DNA of 64,000 bases, from IMG/VR virus record IMGVR_UViG_3300021400_000046, positions 1 through 64,000 of that record; one strand, written 5' to 3'. The translations under genes were made by a program, and so were the position numbers. Of the stretch, positions 35,986-47,700 are shown in pieces. Numbering within the stretch: position 1 is the first letter of the stretch; the number at the start of each line of letters is the position of its first letter. The notes under the pieces were generated by a model, which saw only the letters and a list, made by a program, of their open reading frames with translations, searched no databases and was not told the DNA's origin. This stretch comes from a virus (lineage: Duplodnaviria > Caudoviricetes).

Positions 35986-36764
35986 TGAAATTAGATTATG
36001 GGACTCAAATTAGCCCTGTTCCTGTAGCGCTGTCAATTGGTTCAATAAAAAAACCAACACTTAAAGAGATTGCAGAAATAACATTTGACAAATTTGCCTT
36101 TTATGAAATGTTATTAAAACTTACTCCTGAGTTCTATTATGAAAAAATGGGCGATGCTGATGACAAGAAGTATTGGGAAGCATTGTCTGATATAGAGAAA
36201 ACAACGGAAACCATATTTAACATTATTGTAAAGAAAGGCAATGTTGCAAGTTTATATGCTGAAATGTTGGATTATTTTTTTGTTGAAACTGTAATCTATA
36301 AAGAGGGCTATTTTATAATATTAAATCCTGGTGTTGATCCAAATGGCGAATTGAATAAAGATAGCATAAAAAGCGCCATAAATAAAGATACATTTCAGGA
36401 GACACTTGAACTAATACAACAAATTTGTGGAATATACGAAGGAAAAGTTGAAGAAGAAAAGTTCAAGAACAATGTAGCAAAAGCTATCTATGATAAAATA
36501 TCTAAAGGGAACAAAAAAAGAGAAAAGAAAATAGATAAGAATTTGTCATTGCCTAATATTATTTCTGCTCTATGTAATAAGCATCCATCATTGAATTATA
36601 CAAACATTTGGGGTTTGACAGTGTTTCAATTGCTTGATGCGTTTAACAGGATGCAAATGAACTCAGTGTATGATATTGAGTCAACGCGGGTTTCTGTTTG
36701 GGGCGACGAGAAAAAAACTTTTGATGCATCCCTTTGGTATAAAAATAATTACGATACACATTAA
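35985..36764 (+). CDS. hypothetical tail-associated protein
   Basis: 259-aa ORF; IWGLTVFQLLDAF. Confidence 0.6.
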   Translation: MKLDYGTQISPVPVALSIGSIKKPTLKEIAEITFDKFAFYEMLLKLTPEFYYEKMGDADDKKYWEALSDIEKTTETIFNIIVKKGNVASLYAEMLDYFFVETVIYKEGYFIILNPGVDPNGELNKDSIKSAINKDTFQETLELIQQICGIYEGKVEEEKFKNNVAKAIYDKISKGNKKREKKIDKNLSLPNIISALCNKHPSLNYTNIWGLTVFQLLDAFNRMQMNSVYDIESTRVSVWGDEKKTFDASLWYKNNYDTH

Positions 36765-36810
36765 AGTCGATCTATTTGATCGGCTAATTTTTGTTTAGGA
36801 GGAAAATAAT

Positions 36811-37566
36811 ATGCCTGATCTGAATAAGGCCAATCGCCAAGTCTGTGATGTTGACATTCGTATCTTAAAGACTATGGCTCCGTTTTTGAATTTTGATACT
36901 GCTAATACTACAACTGCCGGTCTGTCAAGTGATAGTGTTTACGCTATGGCGAAGGGTTCCCGCAAGATTGCTTTCCAGAATCCTATTCAGGGTACTATGA
37001 GCATTGAAGCCCAGGTTTATCCTTTCAAGATGTTTGCCCTGCTGTCTGATGGCGTTATTGAGACTTCTGCTGCCTATGCCGATATTAAAACCATCACTTG
37101 CGAAACTGCTGGCGAGCTGCCCCTTACCGTTGCTTCTGGCGACGAAATTAAAGCCGGTACTGTTTTTGCTTATCCTGCTGGTTCTTTCGGTGATGAAAGT
37201 GCGGTTATTGCCGGTACTTATGCTTCTAACAAGTTTACCGCAACTACTGCATCTGATATTGCTGTAGGCTCCAAGTATGAGGTTGGTTATATTGTTACTC
37301 GCAATTCTGGCGTGAAGAAGGTCACTTTTAATAATAAGAAACTGCCGAAGGATTATTACATCACCATGAAAACTCTGGATAAGGACGAGGATGGTGTTCT
37401 TACTCCGTTTGTTATGACTGCTTACAAGGCAACCATTCAGCGTAGTTTTGATTTGTCCTTCAGCTCTGAGGGCGATCCCGCTTCTGTGACCCTGAACTTC
37501 GATCTGATGGAGGACAAGGAAGGTAACGTGCTTGATATTATCGAGCTTACCGATGATGCCGAGTAA
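36811..37566 (+). CDS. major tail (tube) protein
   Basis: Strong codon bias; C-terminal FDLSFSSEGDPASVTLNFDL; followed by terminator hairpin. Confidence 0.78.
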   Translation: MPDLNKANRQVCDVDIRILKTMAPFLNFDTANTTTAGLSSDSVYAMAKGSRKIAFQNPIQGTMSIEAQVYPFKMFALLSDGVIETSAAYADIKTITCETAGELPLTVASGDEIKAGTVFAYPAGSFGDESAVIAGTYASNKFTATTASDIAVGSKYEVGYIVTRNSGVKKVTFNNKKLPKDYYITMKTLDKDEDGVLTPFVMTAYKATIQRSFDLSFSSEGDPASVTLNFDLMEDKEGNVLDIIELTDDAE

Positions 37567-37627
37567 TAGCAACATTTTTGTTTGAGAATGGGGGCGACAC
37601 CCCCATTTTCTATAAAGGAGCATTGAC

Positions 37628-37900
37628 ATGGTTAAAGAATGTGTTGTCAAGCTCAACAATGACGCTGTTACTGTCGTGAATTTTGATGGAATTGATGTGC
37701 AATTCCCAGCTATTAACAAGGACGATAAGACTGTTTTCGTGAGTTTCGAGAATGGAAAATACGCCATTGTTGACAAGGACTATAAAGAACAACGCACCGA
37801 AAAATTAAAGAAAAAGGGTGCTAATAAGAAAACAACTAAAGAAGAAAGCGTAGAAATAACAGAAGAAGATGCGGCTGTTGAAGTAACACCTGATGCTTAA
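37628..37900 (+). CDS. hypothetical protein
   Basis: 90-aa ORF with AAAGGAG RBS. Confidence 0.65.
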   Translation: MVKECVVKLNNDAVTVVNFDGIDVQFPAINKDDKTVFVSFENGKYAIVDKDYKEQRTEKLKKKGANKKTTKEESVEITEEDAAVEVTPDA

Positions 37901-38004
37901 AGTTGTATTGTATTTTAACTGATAGGGAGAGTAATACCTATACAACAATGTATGTATCTGGTGTACTCTCCCTTTATTTTTGCGTTTTAATTATGGAGAG
38001 AAAG

Positions 38005-38259
38005 ATGAAAAGCATAAATTTTAAGACACTTGAAGAATGTGTTGAATGTTATGGACGTGAAAATTTAGTTGCAATAGATAATCTTAGCCAAATCATTCAA
38101 TACACGCGCAATGGTTGTCAGCCAAAATTTGTATACGAAAACGAAACAAAACCAGGAAAAATCACTTGTTGGTTTTTGAAAAGTGAGTCGATGTATGTGT
38201 ACAAAAAATGGATGAACAACAGGCCAAATAATAATGAAAAACATAGGGAAACAGTTTGA
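38005..38259 (+). CDS. hypothetical protein
   Basis: GGAG RBS before MKSINFKT. Confidence 0.55.
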   Translation: MKSINFKTLEECVECYGRENLVAIDNLSQIIQYTRNGCQPKFVYENETKPGKITCWFLKSESMYVYKKWMNNRPNNNEKHRETV

Positions 38260-38743
38260 GGCACAAATCAAAGCGTCCACTCCTGAATATGCACTTCTTT
38301 ATCGTTTACCAGATTCAGCACAGTCTTTTGGTGGAAGTAATAAATTGAGATTTAGTAATAAACCACCGTTTGATTTTCTTTTATGGGATTCGCTTCGTCA
38401 TAAATTGTACGCATTAGAAACGAAAACGGTACAAGGTAAATCAATATCGTTTGAGCGGAGCAAAGATGAACACGCTGAGATACATTATCATCAAATTTGC
38501 GGGTTAAATAATTGGAACAAATATGATGGAATTACTTGTGGCTTTATTATTGAATTTCGAGCATTGGAAAAGACTGTATTTATAGAGATTGAAGAAATGA
38601 ATAAGTTGATTTCACTGATTTCAAAAAGAAGTTTTAATTATAATGACTTAAACGAATTGGGTATTCTCTATGTTTTAATCGGGCAGAAAAAGGCTCGAAC
38701 AAGATATACATACGATCTTGACGAGTTCCTAAGAAATCAATAA
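38234..38743 (+). CDS. recU: RecU-like Holliday junction resolvase
   Basis: GKQFE, PFDF, ALETK, HQI motifs. Confidence 0.8.
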   Translation: MKNIGKQFEAQIKASTPEYALLYRLPDSAQSFGGSNKLRFSNKPPFDFLLWDSLRHKLYALETKTVQGKSISFERSKDEHAEIHYHQICGLNNWNKYDGITCGFIIEFRALEKTVFIEIEEMNKLISLISKRSFNYNDLNELGILYVLIGQKKARTRYTYDLDEFLRNQ

Positions 38744-38789
38744 AAGGATAGTTTTATCATAGAAGATTAGTTAGAAAGGAAACATAAAA

Positions 38790-39344
38790 ATGATTGAATA
38801 CAAGAATAAGATTGAATTAGCTGAATTTTTGGCAATTTCCGAAATTATTGCCGATGGGTATTTCGATGAAACCGGTGCTTATGCGCCGCATTATGGCATT
38901 ATGAATGCCTATCGAGTTTTTTACAATGTGTGTGTTACAAAGAGTCCATACGATGAAACTTATGGACACAATATTATCAATATCGAAGAACTGAGCGAGA
39001 TCGTTTCTGACGATGAATTTGTTACTAAGTTTGAAACTTGCGTCAATAGTGGCAAGCAAGGTTTGACTTTTAGTGCTGCCTTCAATAATGCTATGCAGAT
39101 GGTTGATGCCAGAAAGTCCTCTATCGGTTCTGCTGTAACCATGATTGTTGATGCAATCCAGGGCATTGCTGACCGAGCTAAAAACGTTATGAGTGACGAG
39201 AATATGCAGCATATCGCGTCAATTGCAAAGGATATTGGTAACGGTAAAATTACCGCAGATGATATTGTGAATGCATATGGTAAGCAGCTCGAAGAAAAGG
39301 CTGGCAAGATTAGTGTTGTTTCGGATAAAAAGGTAGAGGATTAA
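38790..39344 (+). CDS. hypothetical protein (possible tail assembly chaperone)
   Basis: 184-aa ORF; position. Confidence 0.55.
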   Translation: MIEYKNKIELAEFLAISEIIADGYFDETGAYAPHYGIMNAYRVFYNVCVTKSPYDETYGHNIINIEELSEIVSDDEFVTKFETCVNSGKQGLTFSAAFNNAMQMVDARKSSIGSAVTMIVDAIQGIADRAKNVMSDENMQHIASIAKDIGNGKITADDIVNAYGKQLEEKAGKISVVSDKKVED

Positions 39345-39345
39345 A

Positions 39346-39753
39346 ATGCAGGCAACCAGTTTAGAAGAACTGGAAAAGATGATAGAGAATGAGATCAAAA
39401 AAGCCCTCGCAGAATCAGCTTCACAATCATTACTGATTATGTCTGATGCTACGAGGGAATTTTATGATGGTGGTACACCAACGATGTATGTTAGAACCGG
39501 CGCATTAGGTAGAGCGCCAGCCATTGATCCACCGAAGAAAACTGGTGACGGCTATGAGTTCAAGGCATACATGGACAAGGATCATACTTATGATACCGGC
39601 AAGAAACCGACGATGGAACAGGTTTTAAGCCTTACGAATGATGGGCATTATAAAGGCTTGCGTCCTGCTGTTGGCGCAAAAGGTTATTGGGATAGAGCTT
39701 TACAGAAAATGAAAGATGCGACAAGAGATACGTTTATTGAGCATTTTGGTTGA
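39346..39753 (+). CDS. HK97 gp10-like tail completion protein
   Basis: Y.RTGAL motif; size. Confidence 0.55.
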   Translation: MQATSLEELEKMIENEIKKALAESASQSLLIMSDATREFYDGGTPTMYVRTGALGRAPAIDPPKKTGDGYEFKAYMDKDHTYDTGKKPTMEQVLSLTNDGHYKGLRPAVGAKGYWDRALQKMKDATRDTFIEHFG

Positions 39754-40524
39754 TTATTTCTGGATTGAAGTTACAATACCATCTTCTAAATAAACGTATC
39801 TATTATTTGAATAGCACCATTGTTCAGTAGTGTTGTATGCCGTAATTGTTGTATTAACATCTTGTGGTTCGCCCCATGTAGAGTTACGGACTTCTTCTGC
39901 TGTCATACCGATTTGCGGTTCAGTTGGGAACCCGTAATCGTCAGGCATTTTTCGCAGACTTTCATAATGGTCAGCCGTTGAAGAATGTGTAGGTGTTTTG
40001 CCGTAAGAGTAAAACTCAACAGTGCCATTGCGGATTACAAAAGCGTATGTCCCATAATATCCTTCTGCAACAAGTCTATTTTCATTATCTTTATTTTCAA
40101 AGTATAGTGTTTTGAATTGGGTTGTGTTGTAACTCCCATCCATTACTGTAACAATTCTTCCTATTTCAAAAATGAATTTTTCTTTATTATGTCTATAAGT
40201 ATAGAATCCAGATAACTGTGTAATAAGATTACAAGCATCTAAATATTCTGTACTTCTTTCATAATCCCCAAGGTATTCAAATATTGGAATTGCGGAAGTA
40301 TAGTTACCTTCAGAGAAATAGTTAATTGCTTTTTCGTACATAATATCTGGGCTATCTGTTTCAAAAATTGCAGAAGTTGTTTGTAGAATAGTAGTTTCTT
40401 CTTGTTTAATAGATTCTGTTTGTTTTGTTGTTTCGCTTATTGATTGCTGCGGAGAACATGAACACATAATTAGCGCAAAAAGCATGACAAAAATACTACA
40501 AAAAATAATAAACTTTTTACCCAT
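39754..40524 (-). CDS. lipoprotein moron (TPR-like repeat + BamE/SmpA-like C-domain)
   Basis: Signal with CSC lipobox; YEKAINYF...GDY; IGMTAEEV..TWGEP...EQWCY; antisense to the late operon. Confidence 0.7.
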   Translation of the reverse strand: MGKKFIIFCSIFVMLFALIMCSCSPQQSISETTKQTESIKQEETTILQTTSAIFETDSPDIMYEKAINYFSEGNYTSAIPIFEYLGDYERSTEYLDACNLITQLSGFYTYRHNKEKFIFEIGRIVTVMDGSYNTTQFKTLYFENKDNENRLVAEGYYGTYAFVIRNGTVEFYSYGKTPTHSSTADHYESLRKMPDDYGFPTEPQIGMTAEEVRNSTWGEPQDVNTTITAYNTTEQWCYSNNRYVYLEDGIVTSIQK

Positions 40525-40547
40525 AAAAGTACACCACCTTTGAAATA

Positions 40548-40576
40548 ACTATACCACATTATTGTAATTATTTCAA
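40548..40576 (-). promoter_or_regulatory. sigma-A promoter for the lipoprotein gene
   Basis: TTGAAA-17-TATAGT with extended TG. Confidence 0.65.
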
Positions 40577-40593
40577 GAGAAAGGAGTGAGAAT

Positions 40594-41646
40594 GTGGCAA
40601 ATAAAAAGGATGGAAGAACAACCGTTTACAACGAAATCACGTCTAAAGAAAAACTTGCACAAGTTAATGAGGATAATCTGCAATTAGAAGAAGATTTCAT
40701 TGAATACTTAACATCAACTGATAAAGCTACTTCGACAATTACACAGTATAAGGCTGTTTTACATATTTTCTGGTGTTGGAATTTAGAAAACAATAAGAAT
40801 AAGCCATTTGTAGAGCTTACAAAGCGTGAAGTGACGCGGTTCCAAAACAATGCTTTGAACACATGGGGATGGTCGCCTCGCCGGATTAGAATGGTCAAGG
40901 CTGTCATGCGTAGTCTTGAAAACTATATATCCAATATTCTTGATGATGATTACCCTGATTATAAAAAGATTTGGGACAAGATCGAATCGCCGGTGAATGA
41001 GGCTGTTCGTGAAAAGTCTGTATTTACCCGTGAAGAATTGCAGAAATTATTAGATTACCTTGTTGAACGAAAAGAATATATGAAGGCTTGTTTTGTTTCT
41101 CTTGCCATGAATAGTGGACGGAGAAAAGCGGAGCTTGTAAGATTTAAGGTATCATATTTCTCTGGCGCAAACTTAATTTGTGACGGAGCTTTATATAAGA
41201 CACCTGAGAAAATGCGGACGAAAGGAAGCGGCCAACGCGGTAAACTTCTTGATGTTTTTACATTGGCGAAACCGTTTAATCCATATCTCAAATTATGGTT
41301 AGAGCAGCGTGAGGAATTTGGCATTCAAAGTGATTGGCTTTTCCCGAAATACGAAGATGGGAAATGGCAGGATGAACAAATGCCAATTAGCACAGTTGAT
41401 TCTTGGTCAAGGACTTTTTCAAGAGTTTTAGGCCGGAGTTTTTATTTCCATAGTATGAGACATTTCTTTACATCGTACCTTTCAGAGCAAAATATCCCGG
41501 ACAATGTTATTAAAGATATTGTTGGTTGGAGTAATGTCGATATGGTTGACATTTATAGAGATACGAAAGCAGAAGATACTTTCGATAAATACTTTGGAGC
41601 TGAAGGTATTAAAAATGTTGAGAAAGGATCAATTCAAAACTTATAA
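40594..41646 (+). CDS. tyrosine recombinase/integrase
   Basis: SGRRKAE (R), TKG (K), HSMR, VGW, IY catalytic residues; upstream of tape measure like SPbeta yomM. Confidence 0.88.
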   Translation: MANKKDGRTTVYNEITSKEKLAQVNEDNLQLEEDFIEYLTSTDKATSTITQYKAVLHIFWCWNLENNKNKPFVELTKREVTRFQNNALNTWGWSPRRIRMVKAVMRSLENYISNILDDDYPDYKKIWDKIESPVNEAVREKSVFTREELQKLLDYLVERKEYMKACFVSLAMNSGRRKAELVRFKVSYFSGANLICDGALYKTPEKMRTKGSGQRGKLLDVFTLAKPFNPYLKLWLEQREEFGIQSDWLFPKYEDGKWQDEQMPISTVDSWSRTFSRVLGRSFYFHSMRHFFTSYLSEQNIPDNVIKDIVGWSNVDMVDIYRDTKAEDTFDKYFGAEGIKNVEKGSIQNL

Positions 41647-41710
41647 TAGTTGTTCGCCTGTAATGGGCGATTTTTTATTGCCAAATTTTGAGGAAAGGAG
41701 GTAAAACATA

Positions 41711-44700
41711 ATGGCAAAAAACGATTTTTCGTTGCTTGTGAAAGCTAAGTTAGACGCAAGCCAGATTCAATCAGACCTTGAAAATATTAAAAATAAATAT
41801 GGGAATTTCAAGATTAAATTAGAGTTTGATAAAATGCCAAACTTGTCTGGACAGATGCAGAAGGAAGGTGGCAAGGCTGGACAAGCGTATTCAGATGCAT
41901 TCAAGAAAGCAATGTCTGATAAGATTCAGTTTAAGTTAGATACTGGTGATTTCCAAACAAAGATTAACAGTATCGAAACAAAATTGAAATCATTAAAGGG
42001 CGTTTCTGATGTTACTAAAACAAATATTGAAATGCTAAAGGGCGCATTTTCAACACTTAGTTCAAGTGATGCGAGTATCGAGGATAAGATTGCTGCCTTC
42101 AAACAGTTTAACTCGTTGCTGCCTACTATTCGCTCGCAACTAACTCAAAGCGCACAGGCAGGGCGAGAGTATGAAAAGACAATCAAGCAGGCTGCCCAAG
42201 AGCAATTAACACTTACAAAATCAAGTACATTGTCTAATAGCATCCAGGCATGGATGAACAACAATGAAAAGGCTGCAAAACAATATGGAGATCGGTTAAG
42301 AGAACTTCAAAATCAACTGCGTAACAATACTGACCCAAGTAAGTTAAGAGAAGTTTCTGCTGAGTTCCAAAATATAAAATCAGAAGCCGGTGCTGCTGGA
42401 TTAACTGTTAGTAAATGGGGTTCGCAATTCAGTAGTGCCATCAAGATGGCTCTTGGTATTGGCAGTGTTTATCAAATTCTTAATAAGGTAATTCAAGTTA
42501 CAAAAGAAATGGTCAAACAGACTATTGAACTTGAAGATGCTATGGCGCAGTTCCGAATTGTTACAAAAGCAACGGAACAGCAAATGAACAGTTTTTATCA
42601 GACAACCATCAAGAATGCCAAGGAAATCGGTGGTAATGTCAGAGATATGACCGATGCGGCAACCGTGTTCGCAAGACTTGGTTTTAGTATTGACGAATCA
42701 AGTACCTTGGCAAAATACACGAGTATGTTACAGAGCGTCGGTGACATTGATGTTTCAACCGCAGAAAACGCACTAACTGCTATTTTCAAAGCATTTGATT
42801 TGAATATCAATGATATTGAAAGTATCATGGACAAATTGATTGAGGTAGGCAACAACTATCCAATCAGTGTAGCTCAACTTGCGGAAGGTATCAATAATGC
42901 TGGTAGTATGCTTGCTTCTGCTGGTAATAGTTACGAAGAAACTATTGCTATGCTTGCTGCCGCAAATACGACTGTTCAGGATATTTCAAAATCATCTACA
43001 GGTTTGAGAACAATCGCAGCCCGTATTCGTAACACCAAGACAGAGCTTGATGATCTTGGTGAAGCAATGACAGATGCAGACTACGATGCACTTGTTCGTG
43101 GTTTGACAAAAGCAAATGTTGCGCTTACTGATGCGCAAGGTAATTTTAGAAGCACTTATGATATTGTGAAAGACTTGGCTAAAGTCTGGAACCAGTTATC
43201 AAATATTGACCAGGCTGCTTTGGCAAAGACGTTAGCAGGCACACGGCAGCAAAATGTGTTTTTCTCGCTCATTGAACAATTCCAGGAAGCAGAAAATGCA
43301 ATGGATTCAATGGAAAATAGTATGGGTGCTTTATCCAGCGCCATGTCTATTTATGAGTCAACGGCAACAGCACATATTAATTCATTAAAAACTGCATTTC
43401 TTGATTTAGCGCAAAGCATTATAGATAATGGGTTTATAAATGAACTTACTGATATTGGTCAGTGGATTATTGAACTAATAAAGAAAATAGCCGATTTGAT
43501 TAATGCTCTTGGCGGATTAAAAACTATTATAATTGGTGTTGGTGTTGCGTTTGCAACAATTAAAATTATAAAAGTAATTGGATGGGTTAAAGAGTTATAT
43601 ACAGGTATTACAGCTTTTATAAAACTAATCCCTTATCTTGGATTATTAAAAGCAAATAGTATATCTGTTGCACAGGGCATAGAAAATATTTCTGGTTCTG
43701 CAAAGGCCGCAACTGCCGCAATGAGTGCAATGAAAACAATGGTTGTTGCTGTGATTGCGGTTTCTGCAATGTTAATTGCAAATCATATTAAGAAAATTAA
43801 AGAAGCCAGAGAAGAAGCTAAACGATTAAAACAAGAAGCGGTAGAAAATTCGAGAGAATCTCTTGCTAATAGCACTTCAAGACTAAATTCATTATATGAA
43901 TTACGTCAAGAATATCAAAATATTATTGATAGTGAAAGAGATGAAGCAACAAAAACGCAAGAGCTTGACAACTGGAAACAAAAACTAATAGAGACATACG
44001 GGTTCGAAAAAGATGCAATAGCTGATGTTAATAAAGAACGAGAAACTGGTCTTAAATTAATTGATGATGAACGAAAGAGGAATGTCCAATCTGCTCTTGC
44101 TGATGCAACTGCGGCATACAATGATTCTGTTAAAACATTAAGCAGAACATATATATGGGATGGGAGAGTATCAACATCTGAATCAAGCCAAAGTGCAGTT
44201 GCCGATGTTATGAGCAGATACTTCCCAAATGTATCAAAACATGATGACAAAGGTACAGGATACTTTTATGAAGATTGGGCGCGTAGTCTTGGTATCCAAG
44301 ATACACAATATTGGGTAAGTGGCAGTAGTGGTGCTGGAGTATATGGAGATATTGATTCGTTAAAACAATATCTTGATATAATTGAAACAGCTATTAATGA
44401 TCTACAAGCTAAGAAACTACGTGGAGAAACACTTACATCAGCAGAAAATACGGTTTTAACTTCTCTATCGCAAAATGTTGGTGGTATTAGAAAAACATAC
44501 GAAGAAGCAGCACAGGCTTATGATAACTATAATAGGTTACTTGCAGAGAATTATATTCTGCAAATGGATATTAATTCTGGTACAATTAAGACAGCAGATG
44601 ATTATAACAATCTTAGAAATACTATACAGAATTTATATGGCGACAATCAACCTGTTATGGAACAAATGCTTGATATTGTTTCAACATTGTTCCCGAGATT

Positions 44701-47700
44701 TAGCGAAGAAGCAGATAGTGTTGTTTATGATGGTGATCGTATTAGTGTTTCTTTCCAAAACATTAGTGCTTCTGTATCTAAAGCCACTGAAAGTTTTAAT
44801 GCAACAACAAAAGGCATTTCTTCTTTACAGAGTGTTTTATCAAAGCAATCTACTGGAAGTTCATTATCATTAGATGATTTCAACTCAGAAGAACTAAAAG
44901 ATTATACTTCTGCACTTGAATATCATAATGGCGTTTTACAATTAAATGCAGAGAAAACAAGAGAACTTGTAGAAGCAAAAACACAAGATGAACTTGCAAC
45001 AATAAGCAAGAACAAAGCTCTTGCTCAATCTAAATACTTGCAAAACGCAAAAGAAATCCAGCGTTTAACAGATAAAATCAAAACCAACACTTATGAGACA
45101 GGTGAAAACAAAGAAGTTATTGAAGAACAGATTAGCAAATTACAAGATGAAAATAGTTCTTTACTTACAACTTGTTCTCAGTATGATTTAATGTCTGCGT
45201 CTCTTAGAGAAGCAACAGATGCTTACCACAACTGGCTAAATGCTCAAAATGCTTCACAAGCTGGCGATATGTTTGATGATACGCTCGATGCCATTAACAG
45301 AATTAACGATACTCTAAACAATAAAGATTCTGATTATTTTGGCAGAGTTGGCAGAACAGATTATCAAGCAGCTATTGATTTTGTAATTCCAGATACCGTT
45401 GATAGAGAAGATGCTGATGCTATTAACTCCTATCTTGAAAGTGTTTCAGATTTATTTACCTATGACGATAATGGGAACCGTGCTGGACTAAACATTACTA
45501 ATTTCTGTAAACAAGCTGTTAAACAGGGATTAATGGTATTTGATGAAGCATCTGATTCGTACCTTGTTGCCGGTCAGACAACAATGGAGGACTTTGCAGA
45601 AGGTATGAACCTTTCTCTCCCTCTTGTTCAGGCCATGTTTGGTGAGATGGAAGAATTTGGCGGTGAATTTTCATGGGCTGATGAAGCAGTAAAAACATTA
45701 GGCGATCTTGCTATTTCTGCTGATGTTGCGGCGAATAGACTTCGTGAATCGCATGGTGAATTTGGCTTTGATATTAAACTTGATTATTCTGATTTAGATA
45801 CAACAGAGGAAAAAATAGGAGCAATCGAACAGACAATAAGCAATATGAAGTTTATGCGCCTTGATGTTGGCTCCTATGACCCAAGTGCTGTAGAAGATTG
45901 TGATGCTGTTTTACAGTATTTAATTACGCAGAAACAGCAATTAGCCGCCCCAGCAATAATGAACATTGATATTTCAAAAGTATCTGAAAACACTGGTGCT
46001 GCATTACAATTATTAGTTGATTTCCAAAATGCTTGTAATGAGCTTGAATTAAAGCAAGAACTTGGTCTTGACACAACTGACGCACAAGCAAAAGTTGATA
46101 CGCTTTATGCTGAGATTTCTGGTAGTGATAATGATGCTATATTAACGCTTGGTATTGATACTTCGTCTGTTGAAACTGTAAAAACATCTCTTGCTGAGTT
46201 ATCACAAGAAGAAGTATTAACAAAGTTGCAACTTGATGCAAGTGTTGTAGAAGGTTATACACCAGAAGATAAAAGTGCCACATTAACATACATCGTTGAT
46301 TCTTCAAATGTTGATGCGTATAACCCGAAGAATTTACAACGTACAGTTACTTATTATGTTAGAACTTCTGGCATGGACAAACTCAATGGAACAGCCCATG
46401 CTGCCGGTACTGCAATGGCTTCTGGCGATTGGGGTACTGCACCTGGCGGCGAAACCTTAACTGGTGAGCTTGGTCGTGAGATAGTTGTTGATCCGCATAC
46501 TGGTAGATGGTATACAGTAGGCGATAACGGCGCTGAGTTTGTCAATATTCCTCGTGGCTCAATTGTATTTAATCATAAACAAACAGAACAACTTTTGAAA
46601 AATGGTTATGTTTCTGGTCGTGCTTCCGCTCTTGTTGGTGGTACTGCTATGGTTACTGGCGGTATTGGAGCGGGTAATGCTGATAATGGTAGCCATTCTG
46701 GTGGTAACAAGCCGCATAGTGGCGGTAGTTCAAGCGGTTCTGGCAGTTCAAGTAGTTCATCAAAACCAAGTTCTTCATCTTCTAATTCCTCTAATTCATC
46801 TTCAAAGTCAGATAAAGAACCGCAGATTATTGACTGGATAGAAATTGCGATTGCTCGAATTGAGCGAGAAATCAAGAAACTAAAAACAGTTGCAGAAAGC
46901 ACATATAAGTCACTAAAAACAAAACTTGGTGCGTCTTATGATGAAATCGCAAAGGTTAATAAAGAGATTGCGGTTCAGCAACAAGGTTATAATCGGTATT
47001 TGAAACAGGCCGAGTCTGTTGGATTATCTTCTAATCTGAAAGCGAAGGTTCGTGATGGAACTATTGACATCAATCAGTATGACGAGGACACACAGAAGTT
47101 AATTAAAGATTACCAGCAATGGTTTGAGAAAGCCTTAGATTGCGCCGATGCTGTTGACGAGCTTCATGAATCTCTTGCAAAACTCTATGAAGATAACTTT
47201 AATGCTACACAAGAAGATTTTGAAAATAAACTTTCTCTGATTGAACATTTAACAAAAATGTATCAATCAGGCATTGATCTGTTTGAAGCGAAAGGTTATC
47301 TTGAAAGTACGAAGTTTACAAAAGCAATGCAAGAAGCAAATGCGCAAAGATTATCTACACTTAATCAAGAATTATCGGCATTAAAGCAGAAATTCTCTGA
47401 GGCTATGGCTTCTGGTGAGATAGAGGTTGGATCGGAGTCTTGGTATAAGATGCAGCAAGAAATAAATGCTTGCAAGGAAGCGATTGCTGACGCTAATGTT
47501 GAGGCTGCTGAACTTGCAAAAACTGTTCGAGAAATCGAATGGGGTTATTTTGACTATGAGCAAGATCGCATATCTCAACTCACGCAAGAAGCAGATTTCT
47601 TGATTGACCTTATGAGCAATCAAGATTTGCACGATGATAGAGGTCAATTAACTGATTACGGCATGGCTACTATGGGCTTGCACGGACAGAATTATAATGT

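Noticed and set aside
31504-37776. Minus-strand ORFs over capsid and tail genes (31504-31965, 32609-33082, 36925-37776)
   Set aside because: Antisense open frames caused by strong codon bias of highly expressed genes
38790-39753. Programmed -1 frameshift of tail chaperones
   Set aside because: No convincing slippery heptamer; the downstream ORF has its own RBS and ATG
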